NCBI GenBank assembly: GCA_965601925.1
Contig: OZ271854.1
Coordinates: 2,208,001 to 2,272,000 of the forward strand
Reading direction: 5' to 3'
From: Alkalispirochaeta sp.
Lineage (GTDB): Bacteria; Spirochaetota; Spirochaetia; DSM-27196; Alkalispirochaetaceae
Length of the DNA: 64,000 bases
The notes beneath the pieces were generated by a model. The model ran no database searches and was not told where the DNA came from. It saw only the letters and a list, made by a program, of their open reading frames with translations. The position numbers were made by a program, and so were the translations under genes. This document shows, one piece after another, positions 1 to 8,954 of the stretch. Position 1 is the stretch's first letter, and the number at the start of each line of letters is the position of its first letter.

Positions 1-112
1 GCGCATGTTCGGGCGCAGGATGCCGGGCGCGGAGACGAAGCCGGCCGGAGGTGTGTCAGGCGGCGGGTTGGGATCTCTCCTCTCTACCGCTCGCGGGCTG
101 CGAAACGGTCCT

Positions 113-2389
113 ATGGCGCGACACCTCATTCTGCTTCTTACCGTCGGTGTCGTCGCCGTCTCAGTGCCGATCCTCGTTCTGTACTGGCGCTCCGAGCGCG
201 CCGTACGGGAGAGTATTCACCTTCGATCCGTGGAGTCGCTCGCCCAGGTGCGACACTTCTTTCGCTCCCAGCACACCGATACCATCTCTCTCCTACTTTC
301 CCTCTCACGGGATCGCACGGTGGAACGACTGATGTACTCCGACGATCCGCCGCTCCTGGACGTCTATTTTGCCTTGGAACGACTGGACGACGCCGTCGCC
401 GTGTCCGAGGTGATTAACGCCCTCGTCGTCGTCAACGTCGAGGCGGAGATACAGTACTCCACCGTAGACGGACCGGGGACGGGGAGTGAGTTTCTCGATG
501 CCATTCAATCCGGCGCGCTCTTTGCCGGCGGCGACGGGGTGTGGCCGTTCTATCAGTACCTGCCGGTTACCTACCGCGACGCCGACCATCTTGCCGTTAT
601 CGCCCCGGGCGGGGCGTTGCGTTCCCACGGCGAACGAGGGCTGATCGTCGTGCTCATCGCCGCCGCTCAGTTGCGCGAGCTCATGACTGCCGGCAATCCG
701 ACTCTCGAGGACGGGCTTGTCGTCGTGAACCGGAATGGAGTGGTGCTCTCTCATCGCGACGGAAGTACGATGGGATCACCGTTCGCGCCCTCCCTATGGA
801 TAGAGGAGATCCTCGGCGACGAGACCGGAGAGACGAGCTTCCTGGCCGAGACAGCGGACGGACGCGTGCTCGTCTCGGCGGTGCGCGAGCCGACGGCGGA
901 CTGGATGTTCTTCAACGTGCTCTACGAGGGGCGAGCCTTCGAGCGGCTGTCTGCGTTGCGCAATTTCGTGTTGACGCTCATCGCGATCGCTGTGGCGTCT
1001 CTCGTGTTCGTCCTCCTGTTTACCTCCCTACGTCTGTATGCGCCCGTTCGGCGCGCCGTCGCCTTTGCCGAGGAGGTCCGGAGCCAGCTCGCGGCGACCG
1101 ACGAACGGGCGACTCAGATAGGAGAAGGCGTTCAAACCGAGCTTCTCTTCGACCGCACCGTGGAACGGCTCCACCGGTTGAACCGCCAACTGGCTCTCCA
1201 CAAACATCACCATATCGAGGAGGTTCTCCGGGGAGTGCTCGAGGGGCGGTTGCACTATGACGCGTTTGCCGACGTCTCCGAGGAACTGAGCTTGGTGCGT
1301 GGTTCGCCGCTGATGGTGGTGACGGCCGTGCGCATCGACAACATGAACGGCGCGCTGCGCGATCAACCCGCCTTGTCGCCGGCGCTTCTGCGCGACGAGT
1401 TGGTGGCCGCCGCCTGCGAGGAGTTGGGCGCCCGGGTCCATGTGATCGACATGGGCGGCGATCGAATAGCGGCCATTGTAGAGCTTGTGCGATGGGACGG
1501 ACCCACCATTCGAGACCACGTGACCGCACGGTTCGCACCGCTGCGCGAGCGGTTCGCACGTCGCAGGGGACTCACGGTAACCATCGGCGTCGCCGACCCC
1601 ATTATGGATTTCGCCTCCCTGCCGATCGCCTACACCGAGGCGCGGATCGCGACGGACTACCGTTTCGCCTTCGGGAGCGGGCGGACGCTCTTCTATTCCG
1701 AGTTGGAGGAGCGAAGCCTGGCACCGTATCACTTTCCTCAGGAAGAGGCGGAGGCGGCGGTGGAATCGTTGAGGCGCGGCGATGCAGGTGCCGCATTGTC
1801 ACGTGTTCAAGCTATCCTGGAGCGGACGCAGAGCAACTCCTACGAGAACTACGCGTTTTCCGTACAGTTGTTGATCCATCTCCTGTTTCGATGCTTCCGC
1901 GATTCCGGACTGTTCCTGCAATCCGAGCTCTCATTTTTTCGCCGTTTGCGGGAGGATCTGGCGTGGGCCGAGACGGTCGACGAGGTGGCAAACGAGTTGG
2001 AGCGTTGGTTTCAACGGTACGTGCGACGCGGCAAGCCCGATCACGCGCGCCGACGTACCGATCTCGTCGAACGTTCACTTGCGCTCATCGCCGACTCCTT
2101 TACCGATCCCAATCTCAGTTCCGATTCCGTAGCGGCGACCCTGGAGGTCTCCACGAACCACGTTCGGCAGGTGGTGAAGTCTCTTACCGGATTCTCGATC
2201 GCTGAGCATATCAACAAGCACCGCCTCGACTATTGCAGGGAACACCTTCTCGACGGCGATCGAACCGTCAAAGAGATCGCGAGCGACGCGGGATTCGTCA
2301 GTTACAACAGCTTTTTCTCCACCTTTCGAAGGTATTACGGGATGACACCCGGTACCTTTCGCCGGACCCACGGTACGCAGCGCCGGTGA
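113..2389 (+). CDS. Membrane-anchored AraC-family regulator (2 TM segments, extracytoplasmic Cache-like domain, C-terminal AraC HTH)
   Basis: Hydrophobic segments HLILLLTVGVVAVSVPILVLYW and FVLTLIAIAVASLVFVLLF; C-terminal 'VKEIASDAGFVSYNSFFSTFRRYYGMTPGTFR' AraC signature. Start uncertain (ATG 5, 20 or 113). Confidence 0.85.
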   Translation: MARHLILLLTVGVVAVSVPILVLYWRSERAVRESIHLRSVESLAQVRHFFRSQHTDTISLLLSLSRDRTVERLMYSDDPPLLDVYFALERLDDAVAVSEVINALVVVNVEAEIQYSTVDGPGTGSEFLDAIQSGALFAGGDGVWPFYQYLPVTYRDADHLAVIAPGGALRSHGERGLIVVLIAAAQLRELMTAGNPTLEDGLVVVNRNGVVLSHRDGSTMGSPFAPSLWIEEILGDETGETSFLAETADGRVLVSAVREPTADWMFFNVLYEGRAFERLSALRNFVLTLIAIAVASLVFVLLFTSLRLYAPVRRAVAFAEEVRSQLAATDERATQIGEGVQTELLFDRTVERLHRLNRQLALHKHHHIEEVLRGVLEGRLHYDAFADVSEELSLVRGSPLMVVTAVRIDNMNGALRDQPALSPALLRDELVAAACEELGARVHVIDMGGDRIAAIVELVRWDGPTIRDHVTARFAPLRERFARRRGLTVTIGVADPIMDFASLPIAYTEARIATDYRFAFGSGRTLFYSELEERSLAPYHFPQEEAEAAVESLRRGDAGAALSRVQAILERTQSNSYENYAFSVQLLIHLLFRCFRDSGLFLQSELSFFRRLREDLAWAETVDEVANELERWFQRYVRRGKPDHARRRTDLVERSLALIADSFTDPNLSSDSVAATLEVSTNHVRQVVKSLTGFSIAEHINKHRLDYCREHLLDGDRTVKEIASDAGFVSYNSFFSTFRRYYGMTPGTFRRTHGTQRR

Positions 2390-2538
2390 GCCGCGCGTTT
2401 CTATCGCCGTTTCCGTGAGTGCGAAGAGAAAAAACGAGCCGATATCCGCGCTTTCCCGAGTCCTCGAAGAATATCTGAGTGGCGTCTCGACTCGGTGGGT
2501 GGTTCCATGGATGCAAGACGTTCACAAGGAGGAAACGC

Positions 2539-3843
2539 ATGACGTTACGACGGTGTATCACGATTCTAACGCTTTTCACGGTGGCGGCAGGCTTACTGGC
2601 GGCGGGAGGGCAAGACGAGGCGGCCTCCACCGAAGATGGGCCCGTTACCATCACGTATTATCTCTGGGACGATCCCACGTACCTGAGTATCGTCGAGGCC
2701 TACAACGCGAGTCAGGACGAGATCTTCGTGCAGGCCGAGATAATCCCCGCCGACGACTACACGACCAAGATGGCGACGCTTTTGGCCGCCGGAGGCGACG
2801 TCGACGCGTATATGCTGAAACAAATTAACAATCTCTTCCCTCAGGTCGCCAACGGATTCGTGGAACCGTTGGATGACTACGCTGCGCGCTTCGGTTACGA
2901 CTTCGGCACGATCGCATCGTATGTGGATCAGGTAAGCGTCGACGGAGTGGTCCACGCAATCCCCTTTCGCGGCGCATCGTACTTCACCTACTTCAATCGC
3001 GCCATCTTCGAGGAGGAGGGGATTCCCACTCCCGACGTCTACGTCGAGAACGGTGACTGGACGTGGGAGCGCTTTGCCGAGATCGCCGAGCGACTCTCCG
3101 ATCCCGACCGCAACCGCTACGGCGGACTGATTTACACATGGGGTCATCAACTCGTCATCCCAGCCTGGCAGTCCGGAATCGATTTCATTACTCCCGACGG
3201 CACGGTCGATGTCAACGAGTCGGTGCCGTACAGCTTCGCGATGCGTCGTCGTTTGGAGGAGTCCGGGGCGATATGGCCGCTCATCGAGTTGAAGGTGACG
3301 CGTACCCACTACAGCCGGGCGTTCTTCTCCGGTGAGGCCGCGATGCTTACAATCGGTGAATGGTTTCCCGGCATGATGCTTTCGGCGCGAGACGACGGCA
3401 TGTTGGAGGGATTCACATGGGACGATTGGGGAATCACACGTCTACCGCAGTACGGAGACAGCTACCGTACCTACGGAACCGCGACGACCAACGTGATCCA
3501 TTCCCGCGCGAGCCAGGAGCGTAAGGACGCGGCGTTTCAGTTCATCGCTTGGATGGGCGGACCGGAGGGAGCCCGGGTCGTCGCCGAAGCGGGCTTTTTA
3601 CCGCCGGTCATCGACGACGATGTGCGGGAGATCCTCGCACGTAACTTGCCCGACGAATCGTCGCTGGCATACTTCACCGAGAGCGTTCCGATCCACGCGA
3701 CCTTTGCCAACCAGTACGGCTCGGAGGTGCGGAGCCTCATCGAAGAGAGCTTTGAGGTCTATCTTACCTCGGAGGTGAGCGCTGAGGAGATTACCGCCGA
3801 TCTTGTCCGGGAACTTCGAGAGATCGCCGACGCGCGCAACTGA
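2539..3843 (+). CDS. Carbohydrate ABC transporter solute-binding protein
   Basis: AGGAGG RBS before ATG 2539; signal peptide ending LLAAGGQDE; 'YFNRAIFEEEGIPTP...WTWERF' SBP_bac_1-like motif. Confidence 0.9.
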   Translation: MTLRRCITILTLFTVAAGLLAAGGQDEAASTEDGPVTITYYLWDDPTYLSIVEAYNASQDEIFVQAEIIPADDYTTKMATLLAAGGDVDAYMLKQINNLFPQVANGFVEPLDDYAARFGYDFGTIASYVDQVSVDGVVHAIPFRGASYFTYFNRAIFEEEGIPTPDVYVENGDWTWERFAEIAERLSDPDRNRYGGLIYTWGHQLVIPAWQSGIDFITPDGTVDVNESVPYSFAMRRRLEESGAIWPLIELKVTRTHYSRAFFSGEAAMLTIGEWFPGMMLSARDDGMLEGFTWDDWGITRLPQYGDSYRTYGTATTNVIHSRASQERKDAAFQFIAWMGGPEGARVVAEAGFLPPVIDDDVREILARNLPDESSLAYFTESVPIHATFANQYGSEVRSLIEESFEVYLTSEVSAEEITADLVRELREIADARN

Positions 3844-3931
3844 TAGCGCGCGCGGTATCTATTCCGCATCGGCGCGCGGCCCCTTGTGTGCCGCCGGCCG
3901 ATGCGGGCCTGTGTGAGGGAGAGATACGACT

Positions 3932-4837
3932 ATGAGCCGACGACGAGCTCGTCTAACCCAATCGAGGTGGGATGTACCGATTTTTTTGTTTCCCAGCTTG
4001 ATCGGATTTTCCATTTTCATATTGGTACCGATCATCGCCTCGGTAGGACTTTCGTTTACCAATTATACCGGGGGACCGCGATTTCGTTTCATCGCCTTCG
4101 AGAACTACATCGATGCCCTCACCGACGATCGTTTTTGGAGCTCTCTCGGGATCACGGTGCGTTTCGTCGTGGGCGTCGTGACGTTGCAAGTCGGACTCGG
4201 CCTCACCTTTGCCCTCTTACTCAACCAACAGCTCCGCCTACGGACGTTTTTTCGCGGTGTAATCTTTGTTCCGACGATCCTCTCCTCAGTCGCGATCGGC
4301 CTCTCTTTTGCGCTCTTTCTCAACCCGCGACGCGGTCCGGTGAACGGGTTTCTGGAGTCGTTGGGCCTCGCCGCGCAGCCCTGGCTTGCGAGTCCCGACA
4401 CCGCGCTTGCGACCGTCGTGATGGTCACCGTATGGCAGTTTGTCGGGTACTACATGGTACTCTATCTCGGCGGGCTCTCGACGATCAGCCCGAGCCTCTA
4501 CGAGTCGGCGGAGATCGACGGCGCCAACACGATGCAAAAGCTCGTGCGCATCACCATCCCGATGCTGTCGCCTACTACCTTCTTCTGCGTAACGATCTCG
4601 ATTATCCGGGCGTTTAAGGTTTTCGACCAGATATTCGTCATGACCGGAGGACAGGAGGGCGGAGGACCCGCAGGCTCCACGATGGTGCTCGGATTTCGTA
4701 TCTACCGTAACGCATTCGTCAACTTTCGCATGGGATACGCCTCCGCGGAGGCGGTGTTACTCCTTGCGATCGTCCTGGTCGTGACGATTCTTCAATATCG
4801 CGGACAGAGGAAGTGGGTGAATTATGATCTCTCTTAG
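3932..4837 (+). CDS. Carbohydrate ABC transporter permease
   Basis: EAA motif 'LYESAEIDGAN'; multiple TM helices. Confidence 0.92.
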   Translation: MSRRRARLTQSRWDVPIFLFPSLIGFSIFILVPIIASVGLSFTNYTGGPRFRFIAFENYIDALTDDRFWSSLGITVRFVVGVVTLQVGLGLTFALLLNQQLRLRTFFRGVIFVPTILSSVAIGLSFALFLNPRRGPVNGFLESLGLAAQPWLASPDTALATVVMVTVWQFVGYYMVLYLGGLSTISPSLYESAEIDGANTMQKLVRITIPMLSPTTFFCVTISIIRAFKVFDQIFVMTGGQEGGGPAGSTMVLGFRIYRNAFVNFRMGYASAEAVLLLAIVLVVTILQYRGQRKWVNYDLS

Positions 4838-5684
4838 CAGCTCAGCCGGTTCGGTGGGACGTGCCGATATCGGTCGCCTCGTCCGGCGGGCGACGGTCTA
4901 TTTCGTGTTGGCCGTGGCCGCGTTGCTCGTCCTGCTTCCCCTGGCGCTGATCGTTTCCAACGCCTTCAAGACCGAGAACGAGATTTTCGCCTACCCCGTA
5001 TCGTGGATACCTCGGAGTCCGACGCTCGATAACTTTCTCGCGCTGCGCGCCGACTTTCCGCGCTACATCTTCAACTCGTTCAGGGTAACCATCATTATCG
5101 TAGCGGTCCAGTTGGTTACCGCCACGACGGGGGCGTACGCGTTTGCCAAGTTGCAGTGGCGTCTGCGGGAGGTGCTCTTTATCGTCTACATCGCTTCGAT
5201 GATGGTGCCGGTGCAGACATTTATCATTCCGCAGTTCATCATTGTACGAAATCTTGGTCTGTACGATTCCCACGCCGCGTTGGTCTTCGTTTCGGCGTTT
5301 ACCGCGATCGGAACGTTTATGACCAAGCAGTTTTTTATGTCGATTCCCGATTCGCTGCTCGAGTCGGCGCGAATCGACGGGGCCGGGAGCGTGCGCATAT
5401 TTCTCGAGATCGTCCTACCTTTATCCAAGCCCGTGATCGCCGTCGTGGGCGTGCTCTCGTTTCGCTGGTTTTGGAACGAGTTTTTCAACGCTCTGATCTA
5501 TATCACGAGCGAAGAGCTCAAGACGCTGCCGCTCGGGCTCTCGGATTTCGTAAGTGAGTACGCCGTCTTTTACGGACCGCAGATGGCCGCCTCTCTCGTG
5601 TCGATTATTCCCGTTCTCATCGTCTTCTTCGCCGGGCAGCGCTACTTCGTCGAGGGCGTCGCCACGACCGGTATCAAGGGGTAG
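4824..5684 (+). CDS. Carbohydrate ABC transporter permease
   Basis: EAA motif 'LLESARIDGAG'; C-terminal 'QRYFVEGVATTGIKG'. Confidence 0.92.
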   Translation: MISLSSSAGSVGRADIGRLVRRATVYFVLAVAALLVLLPLALIVSNAFKTENEIFAYPVSWIPRSPTLDNFLALRADFPRYIFNSFRVTIIIVAVQLVTATTGAYAFAKLQWRLREVLFIVYIASMMVPVQTFIIPQFIIVRNLGLYDSHAALVFVSAFTAIGTFMTKQFFMSIPDSLLESARIDGAGSVRIFLEIVLPLSKPVIAVVGVLSFRWFWNEFFNALIYITSEELKTLPLGLSDFVSEYAVFYGPQMAASLVSIIPVLIVFFAGQRYFVEGVATTGIKG

Positions 5685-5729
5685 TCGCCCCATAAGCAAC
5701 ATGACCGACATCAACAGTAAGGAGCAAGC

Positions 5730-7523
5730 ATGAACCTCTATCCTACCCAATCGGAAACGCGTACGATCCAACGTCTAGACGGCGTATGGCGATTCGTTGC
5801 AGACCTCTCCCACCGCGGGCTTGAGGAGGAGTGGGCGGCACACACGCTGAGCGACGCGGTACCGATGCCCGTACCGGCGAGTTACAACGATATCATCCCC
5901 GACGCACGCATCCGCGATCATGTCGGGTGGGTGTGGTACGAGCGCACCGTTACCGTAGCCGGCGGGCGCGACGATCGCGCCTATCGGTTGCACTTCGAAG
6001 CGGTGACCCACCGCGCCAAAGTATGGCTCGACGGGGAGTACTTAGGTGAGAACCGCGGCGGATATCTCCCCTTTTCCTTCGACGTATCGGAGCGCATCCG
6101 TCGGGGAGCTTCCCATCGTCTCACCGTGGCGGTCTCGAATGTGCTGGACTGGACGACGGTGCCGGCGGGGGACGTACTTGCACCGAAGGACTCCGATCAG
6201 TACCCGGTGGGCTACGCTAAGCAGAAGATCTACCATGACTTTTTTAATTACGCGGGTATTCATCGGAGCGTCTTCCTCGTTGAGACGCCCCGAAGCTACA
6301 TCGACGACTGTACCGTGGAACCGTCGGTCGACGGTACTGCCGGCACGGTCGCCTATACCGTCGAGGTACGCTCGAGTGACGACGCCGGCGGTGTTGAGGG
6401 ACTCTCGGTAGCCGCGCGCCTGATTGACGGCGACGATACGATCGTTGCGGAATCCGCCGGCGAGCGGGGGGCCCTCGTCCTCGACACATGCCGACTGTGG
6501 AGCCCCGACGATCCGTATTTGTATCGCGTGCAGTTCCGCCTGACTCGAGGCAACGAGTTGGTTGACGTGTGCGAGGTACGCACCGGGTTCCGAACGGTCA
6601 CGGTCGAAGCCGACGGCATATATCTCAACGGAAAGAAGATCTACCTTAAAGGATTCGGCCGCCACGAGGATGCACCGGTGCGCGGCAAGGGATACGACGC
6701 GGTCACTCTGGTCAACGATGTTCACTGGATGCAGTGGATCGGCGCCAACTCCTTTCGAACCTCCCACTACCCGTATGGGCAGGAGGTCATGGACATGGCC
6801 GACGAGTTGGGCTTTCTCGTGATCGACGAGGTGCCGATGGTGGGGCCGCGGGACAAGACCGCGCCGGTGTTTGTCGAGGGTCGCGTGGGGCCGGATCTCA
6901 CCGCCGCGCACAAGGACGCGCTGAAGCGTCTGGTAGGTCGCGATCGCCACCACCCCTCGGTCATCATGTGGAGCGTCGCCAACGAGCCCGCGTGTTGGGA
7001 GCCGGGCGCGCGCGAGTATTTCACCGACATTATCAACTACACCCGCTCCCTCGACTCATCGCGACCGATCACCGTCTGCCTGGTCGGCACGGTCGACACT
7101 AGTACCATCTACGACCTTCTCGATGTGATTTCGATCAATCGTTACTTCTCGTGGTACACCGATCCCGGCTCATTGGAGGTGATCGGGCCGCAGCTCTCCT
7201 CCGAGATGAAACGGCTCCACGACCGAACCGGCAAGCCGGTACTCGTAACGGAATATGGGGCCGATGCGGTCGCCGGGATTCACGCGGAGCCGCCGGTAAT
7301 GTTCTCCGAGGAGTATCAGGTACGTATGCTCGAAGCCTTTCACGACGTACACGATTCGCTTTCTTTTTGCGCCGGGGAACACGTATGGAACTTTGCCGAC
7401 TTTCAGACCGACCAAGAGTTCCGCCGCGTCGACGGCAACAAAAAAGGCGTCTTTACGCGCGATCGTCGTCCCAAGATGGCGGCTCACGCTTTGCGAAAAC
7501 GCTGGCGAGAGGATCTTCGGTAA
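5730..7523 (+). CDS. uidA: Beta-glucuronidase (GH2)
   Basis: 'DFFNYAGIHR', 'NSFRTSHYPY', acid/base 'WSVANEP', nucleophile 'VTEYG', GUS-specific NxKG motif 'GNKKG'; AAGGAG RBS. Confidence 0.92.
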   Translation: MNLYPTQSETRTIQRLDGVWRFVADLSHRGLEEEWAAHTLSDAVPMPVPASYNDIIPDARIRDHVGWVWYERTVTVAGGRDDRAYRLHFEAVTHRAKVWLDGEYLGENRGGYLPFSFDVSERIRRGASHRLTVAVSNVLDWTTVPAGDVLAPKDSDQYPVGYAKQKIYHDFFNYAGIHRSVFLVETPRSYIDDCTVEPSVDGTAGTVAYTVEVRSSDDAGGVEGLSVAARLIDGDDTIVAESAGERGALVLDTCRLWSPDDPYLYRVQFRLTRGNELVDVCEVRTGFRTVTVEADGIYLNGKKIYLKGFGRHEDAPVRGKGYDAVTLVNDVHWMQWIGANSFRTSHYPYGQEVMDMADELGFLVIDEVPMVGPRDKTAPVFVEGRVGPDLTAAHKDALKRLVGRDRHHPSVIMWSVANEPACWEPGAREYFTDIINYTRSLDSSRPITVCLVGTVDTSTIYDLLDVISINRYFSWYTDPGSLEVIGPQLSSEMKRLHDRTGKPVLVTEYGADAVAGIHAEPPVMFSEEYQVRMLEAFHDVHDSLSFCAGEHVWNFADFQTDQEFRRVDGNKKGVFTRDRRPKMAAHALRKRWREDLR

Positions 7524-7526
7524 CCG

Positions 7527-7592
7527 AGGTGCGGCGATCGGCGCGTCCGATTCAAGGATGCCTCCGCGGAGTGACGCGTGAGTGCCGCACCT
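7527..7592. terminator. Nested GC-rich hairpin between convergent genes
   Basis: AGGTGCGGC (7527-7535) pairs with GCCGCACCT (7584-7592); inner CGCGTC/GACGCG; no U-tract. Confidence 0.35.
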
Positions 7593-7650
7593 TCGCGTGT
7601 CGATCGAGTGCGGCCAAGGGCCCCGTATCCGTTCAGGCTCGCCGCGGCCT

Positions 7651-8142
7651 CTACTCGACGGCCCGGCGCCACACGATCGAATTGTCGGTCTCGAAGTCGA
7701 ACGCGAATCCGAAGCGCTCGTGGAGGGCGATCGATGCGTCGTTCGACCTCAGTGTTCGACTCACTATCCAACGGATATCGGTCTTCCGGCACTCGGCCAG
7801 CATATCCCTCATCAGGGCGCTCGCGAGTCCCTTTCTCCGAGCGCGGCGTTCGACCGTGATATCAAGGAGATGAACGGTTACCGTGCGGACGGCGTCCCGC
7901 GGCCACCGAGTGTAGCGCAGGAATCCGATGTTCGCCCCGCGGTCGTCCCGGAGCAGCTTCAGCGTGTCCGTTGTCGGGTTGTAAGAATCGGCCATCAATC
8001 GGACCAACTCCGCGTCGGTCTTTTCTCCCCACTCGCCGGGCCACTCGTCTCGAATAGGATCGATGATCTCTTGGAAATCGAACGCGCCCCTCACCGTAAC
8101 GATTTCAATGTCGGACCGCATAGTGTTGTCCTTGTTCGGCAT
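7651..8142 (-). CDS. GNAT family N-acetyltransferase
   Basis: 'ITVERRARRKGLASALM' acetyl-CoA motif A; 'NDASIALHERFGF'. Confidence 0.85.
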   Translation of the reverse strand: MPNKDNTMRSDIEIVTVRGAFDFQEIIDPIRDEWPGEWGEKTDAELVRLMADSYNPTTDTLKLLRDDRGANIGFLRYTRWPRDAVRTVTVHLLDITVERRARRKGLASALMRDMLAECRKTDIRWIVSRTLRSNDASIALHERFGFAFDFETDNSIVWRRAVE

Positions 8143-8204
8143 CCTTTACATAGGTTCACGCATAATAGTCGATTTTGTGCTTTGGTGCTGAACGGTGGAC
8201 CCAA

Positions 8205-8708
8205 TCAGTCCGCTCGGGAGTAGAGCGTTACACCCACACGGCGTATGTACTCGATGAGCTCGGCGTTCGTCACGTGGTGCAGGAGCGCGATGTCGACCAT
8301 GTGTGGCAACAGGAGGTCGTCGATCGCCGTCTCAATCCGCAGAAGATCCAATGTGTCCAGCGCTTCCCCCACGATCATCATGTCGATGTCCGAGCCTGTA
8401 TCGTGTGTGCCTTTGGCGCGCGAACCGTAGAGCACCACCCGTTCGACGCCACGATATGCGGTGAATACGGAGCGCAGTTTCTCTATCGTCGCCGGTGAGA
8501 GGCCCCCGAGGCCGCGTGGTGCGACGGTGTGCGACTCGTCCTCACCGTGGCGCGCAAGCTCGTGAGTAAACTCAAACGACTTGATCAGGCCCTGGCGTTC
8601 CAAGTCCGAGAGTGGTCGCTCCGTCTGCACGGCGACGGCGGCCCGCAACTGCCCCAGTGCCTTGGCATAACTCGCAAAGCGTTGCTTCCACCGGATATCC
8701 GCCTCCAT
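8205..8708 (-). CDS. In-frame fusion of truncated HI0074-like HEPN (N-terminal part) and minimal nucleotidyltransferase (MNT)
   Basis: N-terminal 'DIRWKQRF..Y.KAL.QL...LSDLERQGLIKSFEFTHELA' is HI0074-like; C-terminal 'VLYGSRAKGTHDTGSDIDM...DDLLLPHMVD' carries the MNT GS..DxD motif. Confidence 0.8.
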   Translation of the reverse strand: MEADIRWKQRFASYAKALGQLRAAVAVQTERPLSDLERQGLIKSFEFTHELARHGEDESHTVAPRGLGGLSPATIEKLRSVFTAYRGVERVVLYGSRAKGTHDTGSDIDMMIVGEALDTLDLLRIETAIDDLLLPHMVDIALLHHVTNAELIEYIRRVGVTLYSRAD

Positions 8709-8954
8709 CGATGTCATGGTATCCCTGGCGGAACGGGGCGACAACGTGCGGCGTGTTTGTATTGTGCTCGGAGTGTCGATCGTGTGTCGGTATGGGGGGA
8801 ACGACCCCGTGTGTTCGCGCGCGCGTCCGGCGTATCCGGCTCCTCGCGCCGGCGCATTGCCGGTGCGTCGGGCTCCGTCTCCGGGTGTAGCCGACGTCTC
8901 GTGCGAAACGCGAGCGACTCACCGGTTGACTGAGGCGAAGAATGCCCAGACAAT

